A stretch of DNA of 64,000 nt from Phoronis australis. Taxonomy: Eukaryota; Animalia; Phoronida. The stretch spans positions 750,556-814,555 of the forward strand of contig NMRA01000113.1 of assembly GCA_002633005.1 (NCBI GenBank), read 5' to 3'. Each line of letters starts with the position of its first letter. Positions within the stretch are counted from its first letter, which is position 1. The notes under the pieces were generated by a model. That model saw nothing but the letters and a program-made list of their open reading frames with translations. It was not told the DNA's origin and did not search any database. Below are positions 38,450 through 52,014 of this stretch, piece by piece. A program made the translations under genes and the position numbers.

Positions 38450-38847
38450 TTAGTCAGTCACCTGGTCAAGGTCACACCGAGCTGACTTTGTATTGAGTAA
38501 GGTGTCACTATAACTAGCTGGTTCCTCGCCACTAGACAGCTGGCGCTTCACCCCACTAGCAGGACGACAACCAGCCTCGTTATCATCATCTTTGTTGCCA
38601 TTACTGTCAACAGGGGTAGGCTCCATTTTCTTCTCAATAATGCGTTCAACAAGTTCCGAATATTTCAAATAATTTTTATGAGCACTGGTAAGTTTAGTGC
38701 GGACATTCTTATTTTTGGCAATGTAGCTAGAAGATTCTATGCTAGATAGAGAGCGCACCATGTGATAGTCCAGTACGTCCATCTTGAGATCTCCGCTATG
38801 CTGGTCCATACAGCCCGCACTGTTCTCTTCGACTGTGCCCAAATTGA
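38450..38847 (-). CDS. Terminal coding exon of an uncharacterised convergent gene
   Basis: tttttctttccag acceptor; phase-1 join with the 40592 exon gives ...DINP-V-NLGTVEEN; open to TAA at 38450. Confidence 0.75.
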
Positions 38848-38987
38848 CTGGAAAGAAAAACAGTATCTACATTGTGGAACTTAATGAGTACACAGCATAA
38901 GACAAGATCACAAAAACATTAAGCAGGTTAAACTGTTTAGAATAAGACTCCCATGAAAAACGTGAAAATATCATGCAAATAATATAA

Positions 38988-40432
38988 ACAAGAGCAACGC
39001 AGAGCATTGAAATGTACCTGTGACTGCACCGGTGTTACTTCTAGGGGTGTTTATTGGTATCATAAAAAATGGCCATTAGATGGCACAGAATAAATTGAAC
39101 CCATCCAAAAATGGGAAGGTGTCATCTCTCAAAATTGTTTGCCAAAGTATACGAAAATCCATCAAAGAACTCCAAAGATACAAAAGCAAACGTAAAAACA
39201 AACTATTAGGAACCAGAGCGGTAGTCGAATCCGTCCATCTGCTGTCAAGTTAACAGGAATACAATTGCAAAATTTCAAAAACATCTTGTAAGGGGTTAAG
39301 GAGATACAGCTGTAGATGTGAAAAAAATGTCACTAGGGGACACCACAGTAGTTGGACCCATTTGAAAATGAATGTCAGTCATGCTCTTGTCAGTAGGAAC
39401 ACATCTGTCAACTTTCATAATGATCCTCTGTGCAGTTTGGCAGATACAGAAGCAGACAACAAAAATAAACTAAAAAATAATATTAAAATGGCCACTAGTT
39501 GGCACAGAATATGTCCAATCCATCACAAAAAGGAAAGGTGCTGTCATCTTCATAATAGAAACTTGTTTGCCAAATTTCATGAAAAACCATCAAGGAACTC
39601 TGAAGTTACAGAGGCAAACGCACAAAATAAAATTGCCACTAGGGGGTACAGCTGTAGTTGGATTGGTCTGAAATTCTGTTGCCATTTCCATAGGAACACA
39701 TCTGCTAAATTTCTTGCAAATAAAATAAAATTGCCACTAGGGGGCACAGCAGTAGTCAGATCCATCCAATAAAAATATGCCAAGGAACTTCAAAGAAACA
39801 GGAAAATGGAAAATGAAATTTCCACTAGGGGGCATAGCGTTCATTGGATCCATCACACAGTTGTTGTCATCTGTTGTCAACTTCAGATAAATACACTTGC
39901 CAAGTTTAATAAAGATCCTGCAGAGGGTTTAGGAGATATAGCCATGGGTACTAAAAATGCCACTGGGAGGTGCCACAGTAGTCGAAGTCGTCAAAAAATC
40001 CTCGCCAGCCGTCCTCTTCATAGTAGGAATATATATACCAATTTTCTTTCACATCCTTAGAGTGATTTGTTTAACTGAAGGACGGATTTGAAAACTGTAA
40101 AAACGGCCACTAGGTGACGCAAAATACCTCAAATCCATCCGAAAACAGGAGGGTAGCGTCATTTAACCACTAGATATCTGCCAAATTTTTTGAAAATCCG
40201 TTGAGGACCTTTGAAAAAATAGAGGTAAAGGTAAAAAAATTGCCATTAGGGGGCAGTCGCACTCGTCCCAAAGATGGCTCATGCCGTCCCATCCATGAAA
40301 GGAACATACGTGCAAAATTTTATGAACATACATAAAAGGGTTTTGGAGATAGAGCAGCAGACGTCGGACGAACGGACACACAGGGATGACGGCATAAAAA
40401 CGTATGTATATTAATATGTGAGTGCACAAAAA
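38988..40432 (-). mobile_element. HINE/DINE-1-like copy with both termini, filling most of the intron
   Basis: Reverse-complement similarity to 28311-30230 and 17820-18612; ends acaagagcaa... and ...atgtgagtgcacaaaa. Confidence 0.72.
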
Positions 40433-40591
40433 TGAGTTCTTGTTACTGAAAAAAGATAATTGACTCCTATTTAATAACTTTTTAAGAGAGCACTGGTTGG
40501 GCATTGGCTTCAAATTCAAGATGACATGACAACAGAAGTAAGAAGGATGATCAAAATAACTATACACTTAGCACTGCAAAACGGAGCTAAC

Positions 40592-41153
40592 CTGGATTGA
40601 TGTCCACCAATGTTTGCACTCTTGTAGAGGTACTGGGTTTAGGTACTGAGGTAGCCATTCTAAGAACAGATTCTTGCCTCTCCTGTGTGCTGGTAGACAA
40701 GTCAAGGACATCCTGCTGATTGTCCGTCTCTTGGGGCAGTCTGTACCTGTTCTTCATCACCAACTTAATGGGCAGGCGTGGGGGGCTGGCAGGTCCCTCT
40801 TGATCATCCTTACTGGCCTCCCCAGACACTAGCTTCATGTCGTGAATCTCCTCCTCAATGCCGAGGGCGGGCGACAAGCGTGACGGTTCACCTGACTTCG
40901 CATCACCAGCATTACTAGAGGAGGACTGAGGAGAATCACTCTTATCATCCTTATTCCGCCGTGATGTGACCAGGATTGTACGCTTAGGTTTGTTAGCTAT
41001 CTCCCGTTCCAAAGCGGCCTCTATCAACTGTGCTATGCTGATGCTGAACCGAATGTTCTGTTCACTGTCCTCTTCTCCTATCAGCACATTTCTGTCGGCC
41101 AATCTGCTCACATCAGATTGGTTCTTTTCCACAGCCATCATTTTGCCACCAGT
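40592..41153 (-). CDS. Coding exon of the same gene; low-complexity protein, possible ATG at 41141
   Basis: Long pyrimidine tract plus AG at 41154-41155; G|gttagc donor; 562 nt open with GC-richer, coding-like composition. Confidence 0.78.
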
Positions 41154-42005
41154 CTTAAAAGAAAGAAAAAAGAAATTCAAAACATCAAAAGTGGCGACTG
41201 TTGTGTTTTGACTGCACGTCCTTCCAAGCATGTCTTCCAACATATCATTGTTTTCCTGTCATAGCCACTGAACTAAGTCAGCAACATAACTCACATCGAT
41301 TCAATTGATCAAGTCGTGCCCACTTTTTGGGGCATATAATTCATGATGCTCGATTTAAATGGAATATACAGATGTTATGAACAATCTGAGTTCATAACCA
41401 ACTCAATTCATTCCTCCAACCATGTACATACAATAAAATTAGCAACACTGACTTAGTGTACAAAAAGACTCTCAAACGTAATGTAGACAATGTCTTTATT
41501 GAAAAAATACTACAAGGGGTAAAGAAGTGGTTGGATCCATCGGAAACTCCACGTCAACAAGGCTTTCATGGACAAGAGCACACCCACTATATTTCATGAC
41601 GATCCATACCATTGAATGTTGTTATACCAGAGTTTGGCGAATAAGGTATCTAAAATTCAATAACAATTGTTTGTACATTATACATCGAATTGCATCGTGA
41701 TCTTTGATCCGGGTACAAAAAGCCACAAATGTTTGCATTCAATAAAAAAGAACGGGATTTTTACAGGGACCCTGATCGGTGTGATTATTGCTAAAAAATG
41801 CAAGGAAATGTGGTGCTGGGATCAGGATTTGATTCCGAGTATAAAATAATAAGTTTACAGCTTAATCTGAATTTTAGCCGTCTTTTTTGTCAAATTTAGG
41901 TTCAGCATCTTCAGGTACAAATCCCAGGTCAATACTAATAAAAAAAGCATTTTGTCATCTGGTACACTACATCATTAGACCAATAAGCCCAGAGGCCACA
42001 CTTAA

Positions 42006-42509
42006 GGCCCTTTCATATTGACTTAACTCCGGTCTGAGCGGAGCGTCGACGTAAACAGCGCAGTTAACTGGACCGTTCATACTGGCTTCGGTAGTTAATG
42101 ACCATCGAAGTAAAGGGTTGGTGACCCTGACGTCATCGAAGTTATCGCAAGGTAGCGCTGCACGCTAAGATTTTTTTCAATGTGACAATTTGGAACATTT
42201 AAATGTGCTAAATGACAAAAAACTCATTTTTAAATCGATTGGTTATCATTAAACCCAAAAATAAGTAGTTATTAGTGACGGCACTACTCTGTAACTGTTG
42301 ATGATAACAGTGGCACCTGGCGATAACTTCGATTGGACCGGAGTTAAGCGTTCATACTGCACCGCAGCGTCGACGCTGCGGTCTTAAATCTACCTATTAA
42401 CTGCGATGTTAACTGGAGCTCTTAACTGCGATCCAGGACCGGAGTTAAGCGTTCATACTGACCGCAACTCCCCAAACCATCGACGCGTCGACGTTAGTAT
42501 GAAAGGCCC
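42006..42509. mobile_element. MITE, PIF/Harbinger-like
   Basis: TIRs ggccctttcatattgac / gttagtatgaaaggccc; internal repeats ggaccggagttaagcgttcatactg. Confidence 0.72.
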
Positions 42510-42607
42510 TTTAAACTCTGGCTGCCACACATTTTGTTTATCATTTGCACTCAAATGCTCCCACCTCTGGTAAGCTGGAAAGGTCACGGCTGTGCTACAG
42601 ACAGTAA

Positions 42608-43006
42608 AGTGCCGTTCACACTTAAAAAGTTGACACGGATTACGGAACAAGTTGTTCCAGTGTGTAAACGGACTGACACGGCGCAAATTGACACCGAGGT
42701 GACAAATTTTTGCCACCCATTTGTGAGGAAGAGTAATTTGCGCCCAAACATCTTGCGCCGTGTCAATTATAAGACTAAACGCGAAACTGGAGTAAGGTGA
42801 AAAGGATCATCTCTACTGCGCTTGTGCAATGACCTACGTACGGGTTCGTCATTTGTAAACCTGCACATGTGCGATCCAGTCTCTCCAGCCTTTAATTTCC
42901 GTCTTGCCACGGTTAGTGAATTGTGTGGGTAAACGGCCACTTGACACGGGTCAATTTGCTCCGTGTCAGTTCCGCCGGGCCAAAAGTTGATGTCTAAACG
43001 GGACTT
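42608..43006. mobile_element. Second MITE, PIF/Harbinger-like
   Basis: Imperfect TIRs aagtgccgttcacact / tgtctaaacgggactt; inverted tgacacgga / tccgtgtca sub-repeats. Confidence 0.6.
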
Positions 43007-45944
43007 AAGTAATGTATCCTGAACTGTTAACGTCGTTTTGGCGTTAGTATTATGGCCAAGAATTATTTCAAATTCCTCCAATCTTTTTCCAAGCTCATGG
43101 AAAACTAGAAAGGTCGATTATGGTGACAATCAGCAGTTTTTTTTTTTGACCAACGAGACATTTATTAACTCAACCAACCAGTACATAGCTGTGCGACAAT
43201 ATGACATCTACTTTAATGTACATCAAACAAATTACGAACATTATCGGACCCTATAAAAGCAAGTTAGGCAAAAAAAGACCACCTTGCCTGGAATCTCTCA
43301 AGATCCAATTTATCATTGTAAATAATTTTTTCCAGGTTGTAGTAATCACATACCTCACGTAAAAATGACTGAAAATTGGGCTTAGTCTTTTGTAGTCTTT
43401 GTCTCTATAAATGGAATTTCGCTAAGCAAAGAATTAAATTTACAACTTCTGATCTACAGGCTGGGTCTCCAAACAAGGCGGAAGACATATTTAACTGCAG
43501 AGGGAAATTGCACTGATTTATCATCCATGTTCTTAAACATCCCCAAAACTTCTGAACAAGTGAACATTCCCAATTCAAATGTAGAATTGTTGCTTCATGT
43601 TGCTCACAGAAAGAACATACAGACGATTCAACACCTATTTTCTTTAAATAAGAGTTTGTACCAATAAGTCTGTGGTTGATACGGAATTGAAACCATCTGA
43701 GTCTGACATCAGAAGTACAATGATAAATTACAGAGTGAATTTTTTTCCAAGATTGAGTATCATCGCATAAGTTAATTTCTCTCTCCCACTTCAATTCTGC
43801 GACAGGTTTTACATACAATTTAGAAATAAATAATTCATAGATTTTCCCAGTCCCTTTATTTTCCGAGGAGATTCGAAAAATATGTTCTGGAAAAAATGGA
43901 GTGACTATAGTACTCATGTCTCTTAGATGATTCCAAGAACGAAGTATTGAACTTCGAATTCCATAGAAATGAGTAATACAAGGACAAAATTGAAAACGTG
44001 TACAAAAGGTATGATAATCATAAATATATCCCTTACCAGGGAATGAATACCGTATACCCTTTTGAAACCACTCGTTCCAAAAAATTGGATTACTGTCTAT
44101 ACAAATTTTGGGGTTATACCACAAAGGTTGGTAAAAAGGATCATCTATCTCACAAAGATTGATAAATTCGTATAAGATATAATAAAAATCCTTCCAAAAA
44201 ATATTCTTAGTACGGTTAGATACTTCAAGGAAAAAACAAGAACCTAATTGAAAAGAGTCATTTTTTATATTAGGAATAATTTCACATAAAATATTTAGCC
44301 AAAGAGAAGTATTGTTATAATAATTTTTGAAGAATCTTCGAATCCAAGTCAGTTTAATAGCTTTGACAAATGATGCAATATGAACCATATTCCCACCTCC
44401 CAACTTCAGATTTCTGCACCATGGTTTTTCTAGAGATTCTATCAGAAGAGGTACCCCATATAAAATAAAAGAATATTTTTTCAATGTCCTTAAAAAAAGT
44501 AGCACTTGGACGAGGAAGTGTGTGAAAGAGGTGAATCAGTTTTGGTAATAACAAAGATTTGACAACCGTTATCTTACCAAAGGTAGACAGGTTTCTTTTT
44601 GACCATTTTCCAATGCCTTTTCTAACCTCATTTAATTTTACCTCGTAGTTTAAGTGAATCATGTCTTGTAAGTTGACAGAGAAGGTAATTCCAAGAGATG
44701 TGAACTGGGAACTTTCCCATTTTAAATCTTTTTCACAACAAAGCCTATCGCCACAACATATCTTAAAACCAATCCATATACAAACAGTTTTATCGATATT
44801 GGGTGTCAAACCAGAATACTTAGCAAACTGATCAAGAAGGTTAAGTGAAGATTTTAAAGAGGTCTCTGAACCATCTAGAAAGAGGACCGTGTCGTCTGCA
44901 TATTGCATTAATTTATACTCTTAAGAGCCTACTTTTATGCCTTTAACATTCTCGCATTGCCTCAACATAGATGCCATAATTTCGGCACACAACAAAAAAA
45001 GATAAGGTGAAAGGGGATCCCCTTGTCTGCAACCTCGGCAAATGTTAAAGTAGTTGGACGTAAAGCCGTACTGAATGACCGAAAGTTGGATACTTTCATT
45101 GAGTATTGTGAACCAACGAATAATATCGTCACCAAAATTGAAATAGTGTAGAACTTTCTTAAGAAATCTCCAGGACACAGAATCAAAGGCTTTTTCAAAA
45201 TCAATTAATACCAGAAGTCCGGGAATTTTCTTTAACTTGAGTATATTGTAAGATGTCATAAATCACTCTGGTGTTCTCTCCCATAAAGCGACCTGGGAGA
45301 AACCCAGTTTGATTAGGATGAATTAACTTATTTAAAACAGATTTTATCCTTTGTGCAATACATGCTGATAATAGTTTATGACTTGAATTTTGTAAGAAGA
45401 TTTGTCTCCAATTTTTAATGTATTCACGTGGTTTCTTGCCCTTAGGAATCAAAGTAATGACACCTTGACGCATAGTGGTAGGGAGACGGCCGGTTCGAAA
45501 ACTGTAATTAAAAGATTTGATCAAAAATGGCGACAATTCTTTCCAAAAAAAATTGTAAAACTCTACAGGAAAACCATCAGTCCCCGGAGTTTTGTCATTT
45601 TTCATACATTTAAGGACAGTTGCAGCTTCAGTATATGTTATTGGTCCTTCTAGTTTTTCTTTCAGGTCGGCGTCCAGTTTTGACATATTTTCAGGGATCA
45701 CCAAGTCCTCCAACTCATATTGGAGAGAGTCATTTTCTTTGGCTGCATATAAATTTGCATAGAATTTTTCGATTGCACGCAGTATAGCTTTTTGCTTCAT
45801 AAAGCTTCGTCCAGTCTCATCTATAAGTTTGTGGACATTCTTGTTCACGTAATTGTGTTTTTCTAAGTTACTAAAATATTTGGACGGTTTTTCACCATCC
45901 TCGATCCATTTTGCCCGAGATCTCAGCATCATGCCTTTCACTTT

Positions 45945-48900
45945 TAGTCGGTGGGCCAGATCTCATAGCGTTCATCCTTGTGAGTACTTTGGGGGGGCAA
46001 CCTAGTTTTTTCTATGTGGCTAGATAGTATACCTATAAATCAAATTTAAAAAGTTCCCACGTCTACACTTGCACATTTTTTTAGAAAAAGGAGTTTTTGT
46101 TGCACAAAATATGATGCACATTCCTGCCACTTGGTGACGCTTTACTATTGAATTGACCAATCAGGGAGCCAGATTGTTTTGTTGTGCTTAGTTACTTCAA
46201 TATGGCTGCTTCCATGGAGTGTGATGCCTGTATAATTCAAGGTTTATCAAACAGCACTAACTTGTGATGCCAGAGCCTAAACAAGCTTAGGAAAGGATCC
46301 TGACGAAAGCTGATGGACTGTGTAACTCTGTAGATCAGTAGATAAAAAAAGAAGAGGTGTCTCAAACGTTTGTGAAGAAAACAGCTGCATGTCTTCAATT
46401 TTTTTGGCCTGACACTTGGTCTTCTAGTCTACAGCACTCAGCAGTATAATGTGTAGGCTACACCAGAAGCGTGTTCAACAGAGTGAGCGCCCGCTAGCGT
46501 GTACTCGCGAACACAAGGAACAGCTTCTGAACGCTCACTGTGCGATCCAGTATGGCGACTCTGAAGCAGATTGTGTTGAACGTCTTAGCCGATGAGCTTA
46601 ACACTAACAGTCCTTCCTATGGCGTTCTGAGCGATAAATATGATTAATCTTTGCCAATAACTATTAATATCGGCAGCCCAAGACAACAACCGTGAAGGCT
46701 TTGGCCCGACAAGAATCGAAAATTATGTCGAGGAAACTGTTCCTCGCTACAGCGACCCGCAATTTAAGTCGCAGTTTCGGATGAGTCGGGTCAACTTTTG
46801 AGGTTAGTTTTCGTGTTGCAGAACCATAATGGGTTCATATGTTGCAGACGTGAAGCCTTCGCAGGACGCCATCTTGGAAATCTAAGCGAACATGCACTCG
46901 AGGTTGCTCGTGAGCGCTCGTGAGCGCTAACGTGAACACAGCTGTTCAGGACGAGGGCGCTCAAATCGCTCGCGGGCACTCACTCTATTGAACACGCTTC
47001 TGGTGTAGCCTACACATTATACTGCTGAGTGCTGTAGACTAGAAGACCAAGTGTCAGACCAAAAAATTGAAAGGACATAGAACGGCATAGCAACGTTTCA
47101 AGGCACCAGCAGTAGTAATAAAGCTAAGTTGGTGAAAGTGATACAGATGTTATACAAGATTTCCCAAGAAAATCAATTATACTTCCAATATCTGAAACAC
47201 CCAATTAACCTGAACAAGATAGCAACATTCTGAAACATGAGTGCATCATTTGTTAGCAGGAAAAGTATATTATGGACCATATTTCAAGAAAGAGCAAGAA
47301 GTATAGCTTTCAAATACAGGTACGTGTTTTTGAAAGGTACATCTTGGCGTTTTCCAGGTGTGTTTCAGTATTATCACCAGTTGTTTTTTTAACTTGTTCA
47401 GCCCCTTGGCTGCCTGGGCCTTAGACAATACCGCTGACCCAGTAGAGATGGTGATCATACCATAGGTACTCCATATGCCGGATGCTTTTCGGCAAATTAT
47501 GTTCCTCTAAGCTTAGAAGTACCGCGTAGAGAGATGCCTCTGAGGAGGTCGTTAATGTTTTCATTTGTTCCCAGTTTAAACTAATACTCCTGCAATCCTA
47601 TTTTTCGAACACTCCATTGTTCAGTTGCCACATCGACACTGCTTGCGCTAAGGGATAATCATATGGTGTTATACTGTGGGTGTGATTTTAAAGCACTTGA
47701 AGTCAAAAATTTTTGAGAAGGTTAAATGGAGTAGATGGTTGCAAACAACATGCCCAAGTGGCCGTCATCCCCTGCCATAGTCCTGGGATAGGGGGAACCT
47801 CTTCTCAATTTTTTGTAAACATTAATTACTTAGGTAGCTGCAATGATAATTAAATTAAAGTGCCTAAGTGGCCATCGTCGTTGTCGTAATTTGAGGACGA
47901 TGGAAGCCACTGTCCATTTCGTCAAACGTCGATTACTTTAAGTGTAAATCCATTGACTATGGTTTGAGCATCTGATTTAAAAAAATTAAATTTCAATCAC
48001 TGAACTGGTATATCAGCTGATTTATTTTCAGTTGCATCAACTAATCTAATTATTAGACGATCAACATTTTTAGGCGACAGATCAGACGGCATGTAAATTT
48101 GTTAGGATGGTGGTAGATCAGTCCGTCTGAAAAAGTTGCATGCCAACTCACTCATAGTTGAATGTTAAATTAGTGTTAACAGTTCGGGGTTTTTTCAGTT
48201 GGACTTGTATTGCAAGCAAAAGCTCAGTCCAGAGCCCTGAATATGCAAAGGAAATTGAAAGATGAAGACCTTGTGTCTTAGAAGCCAAGTACCACAGATC
48301 ATCATGCTATAAAAATAGAAAGACAAAGATTGTGAAGAGTGACGAATCCACAGTTTTCAGAGATGTTTTTCTACAGTTTTGTTTGGAGTTCATTGAATCA
48401 AAGCTTCTAGCACATGGAGATGTCATTTGCCTTTCCAAACTAAAGCAAGACTTTGAAGCTGTTCTTCAGAAAGCTGGTGTGCATGAAGTTGTTTGGACAG
48501 GCAATCTTAAGAAATATTGTTGAAGCTACTCACTGTTGTAGTTTGTGCCCGACTAAGAGATACGAAATTGAATTGAGGCTAGTGTTCAATAGTTCACTTG
48601 CTGACTCTAATTGACACAGCCCATTATAACATATTTTGAATCAAACGTTTGCCCAAATCCTGCCTGCCTCCAAACAAGGACTTAGTGTTTTACCCTTCAT
48701 TGCCTGCGGGCCAATCACCAGTGTGCAGTGCTGTACCCTCTCTAATCGACCATAGTTGGCTACTTGGCGGTGGAGCTTTGCAGTTAAAATGTATGACAAT
48801 GCCTGCATCTCCATTGACAGTACTAAACGATGAATGCTGCAAGTGCAAAAAGAACATGTGTGCTGGGAAACTGAGTTTGTGCTGCAATGCTGGGTCAAGC

Positions 48901-49727
48901 TGTACAGAAATGTGCAGCTGTGACAACTGTAGTAAAATCAGCAACACTGACTGCATAACATTGGATAGTTCTTTGACAAGTCAACCCTAAATAGACCTCC
49001 AACCTCGTTATTTCGTTTTTTGTGTTAAAAAGTTAATTTTATTTGTTGATTAAGTCATAGAAAGTACATACTTTGATCATTGTCATGTATTTGTCTCATA
49101 CTGCTTGATAAACACTGTCAGAATAATCTATTATTTTCATACAGTCTGTGTGCACATTCACAGAGATCATACCACTATATTGTTTTTGTACTATAACGTA
49201 TTTCTGGTGTATTATGCAAACAAGCTGTATTTTACACCATTAGTCAATGTTTTAGTCATTGAGGCACAAATTTTGCCCAGTCTCAAGTGTTTTGTGTTAT
49301 TTTTGTTGCCAGACAATGCCAGAACAACTTCCTAGTAACATCCAGACTTAGTTTGCATTTTTGCCACTAGGTGTCTCTTTACATTTTTTAAATTTCACTG
49401 TTTACAATTAATCTACAATAGTAAAACATGTAATGGGAGTGTAATATTGTTCAATACAATGGTACTGATGGGACCATATTACTTGTTTTACAAAAAAGTC
49501 ACCAAAACTGTTGTTTTTACAAATATAAGTTTACTAAGCTCTTTGGTGATTATTAGGTAACTTCAAACTCAAATTTCTCAAAAATTTGCAACTTTATATG
49601 TGGGAACTTTTTAGATTTTGAAAACACTTTAATAAATGAATTAAAAAACACCAAAATAAAATTGCCCCCCTAAAGTACTCACAAAAACCATTTTCTAGAG
49701 GCCCTACAAATTCTGGCCCACCGACTA
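45945..49727 (+). mobile_element. Academ-like DNA transposon, internally deleted
   Basis: 16-bp perfect TIR tagtcggtgggccaga / tctggcccaccgacta plus subterminal inverted blocks; 3-bp TSD ttt; transposase C-terminal relic at 48649-48990 (LPP...CKCKK..C....CC..G..CTEMCSC..C). Confidence 0.85.
46389..47078. mobile_element. MITE with ~110-bp near-perfect TIRs nested in the Academ-like element
   Basis: ctgacacttggtcttctagtctacagcactcagcagtataatgtgtaggctacaccagaagcgtgttcaa has its reverse complement at ~46988-47057. Confidence 0.88.
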
Positions 49728-52014
49728 TTTGTCCTTTCTAATATATTCATAATCTTTCTGCAAATCTGAATAAATTTCAAGGAGCAGAGCAGAATTACTG
49801 TTGCAAATCATTTCTCTAAGAAGACTTAATTGCTCCTCTAAATTCTTTTCATGTCGATGCTGAATAAGACAAAGTATAATTTCTAATATTCAGTAGAATC
49901 ATCTCACGAAGAAGAGAGTCGTCTATAGTGGACTGACCATCTGACAAATCGGGAGACATTATCAGGAGATAAATATCCCTTCTCGGTTTTAACTATGATG
50001 TCTTTCACATTACTGATATATTCTACATCACGTAATAAGGATTTGTTAAGCCGCCATAGACCTTTACCTCTAACAAATTTAGAGGCCTGAATAGTAGTCA
50101 TGACACAATGATTGTCGGTTCTATAACCTGGGGACGTTTCAATATTTTCTATCCAAGAGGAAAACTCGTCAGACACTAGAAAAAAGTCCAGACGGGCTTG
50201 CTTACAAGGGTTAATTCTGAACCAAGTATAGCTTGTTGTATTTGGGTTACCTAACCGCCACGGGTCGACCAAATTTAACTGCGACATCAGACTGATAACT
50301 TGTTTTCTTGCAGCCGGATTGTTTTGGTGTTTGTATCCAAAACAGTCAAGATTGAAATCCTGAACCAAATTCCAGTCGCCGCAAATGATTATGAACTCTG
50401 AATTGTAGTCAGAGACTACTTGAAGCAGGTTTCTAAAAAATTCAGGGTCATCCTTGTTGGGACCATAAATATTAGCTAACATAATTGAGACTCGATTTTC
50501 AATAAGTAATTCGATGACAACAATCAGCAGTTGCTTTTGAGCCACTGTTGAATTTACCTCTCCCAATTGGTTAAAAACTTAATGCCTGCTAGGTTGGCTA
50601 GGCACGTGAAAGCTACGAATGCTATTTGCTTGATTTCTGTCTATTTCAAGTGAAAGATTGCCAGCTGCTGACCTCTTGACCCAATTTTTGCTCAGTCACA
50701 GGTGGCTTTCTTAAACATTTATTGCTAGCAAGCCAGAAGTTGATTTACAGGAAATTCAAGTATCCTTCAGACAATTTGGATTTGCAAAAAAATCCCGCTG
50801 ATCGACACTCACCTTTCACCCTATTGCTAATATAGAAAATTTTGTCAATATGAAAGCACTGTCTCTCAGTTTGGGGTGGAAACTGCTGATCGGGTGTGTT
50901 TTTGTTGTTTTTAAAGTACGGGGCTAATTTCACTCGTGGCAATCATAAAAGATGGAAAAATTTACTTAGGAATCAGTTTCAGTAGACAAGGTGTTTTGAA
51001 GTCTTTAGCCCAGTATACTTTTCATAACATCAGGTTTTATTCACCCTGTGGAATAACTGTTGCATGTTGCTAAGACCTAGTATTTCAAGCCCAAAACCAG
51101 TAAAAACTGTACTCTGCCACCATTAGAAGCTCATCATTTACCTGTAGATTGTGCTCAACACTGCGCTTAAATTTTTATCTTTCTTCACCACAGGCTTGGC
51201 AGGCTCGAGCCGAACACCCGCCTATTCTGCAGACAGCAGAGCACAGAGCTATTTCACATACCTGTACTCGCTCAAGTTCATTGTGACCAATTTTATTTCT
51301 ATCCATTTGGTAACAGACAAAACACACAGTTCACATTCCTCATAAAAATTGGACATTGTATTCACCATTGTTGGCTCATGACAAACTGATAAACACTGCT
51401 TATGTTGTCATACACTCAATTGGGAGACAGGTGATTCAAGTGTGTATGGCATTGCCGAAGTTTGAGTTACAATGAACAACAAAAGCATACGTCAATTCAG
51501 GCATAGCAAAATATAAAACGCAAAAAACAGGATTTCTACATGAAGTCCATTTTCAGTTTCACAAGTACTCTTGATGATATTCTGCTACTTTACGTCACTA
51601 TTTTCCATTACATTAGAGAGACAAAGTGATGTCCAACATACCTTACAGTTGCCTTTACCGTGAAGGATTAGCACCAGCTGAAATAAATAGAGAGGCTAGA
51701 CTCGGTAACTGCACCATAACATGGCCATGTGACGACACTGTATATCTCCAAAGTTCTCAAAATGCTAACCAGCTCCATAAGAATACATACAGAACAGAAC
51801 TGGGCAGCATTCCCTAAACACAAGCTTTACTTACAATGCACAACGAAATCACACACTTTTGAGTGATCGTGCATTGTCGCGGCACGTGCTCCAACCTATG
51901 TAATGCTGTCCAGGATGCAGTACATCTGCTGCTTTATAGAGGTGTCATTTTAAAGGTGTAGCCCACATAACTGGCACATTAAATTTTTTCAACAACTCTT
52001 TGTGGTACCTTAGC

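Larger units (their letters stand above)
43139..50519 (-). mobile_element. 5'-truncated L1/Tx1-clade LINE, frameshifted ORF2, interrupted at 45945-49727
   Basis: EN motifs (NIYGPN, GDWN, RLDFFL) at 49904-50519; RT motifs (DFEKAFDS, GCRQGDPLSP, QYADD) and a Cys-rich C-terminus at 43405-45941; AATAAA and poly(A) near 43139; 13-bp TSD acaatcagcagtt at 43126-43138 and 50520-50532. Confidence 0.95.

Noticed and set aside
42767-43081. 104-aa ORF as an exon of the minus-strand gene
   Set aside because: Mostly overlaps a MITE and I found no phase-consistent splice partner.
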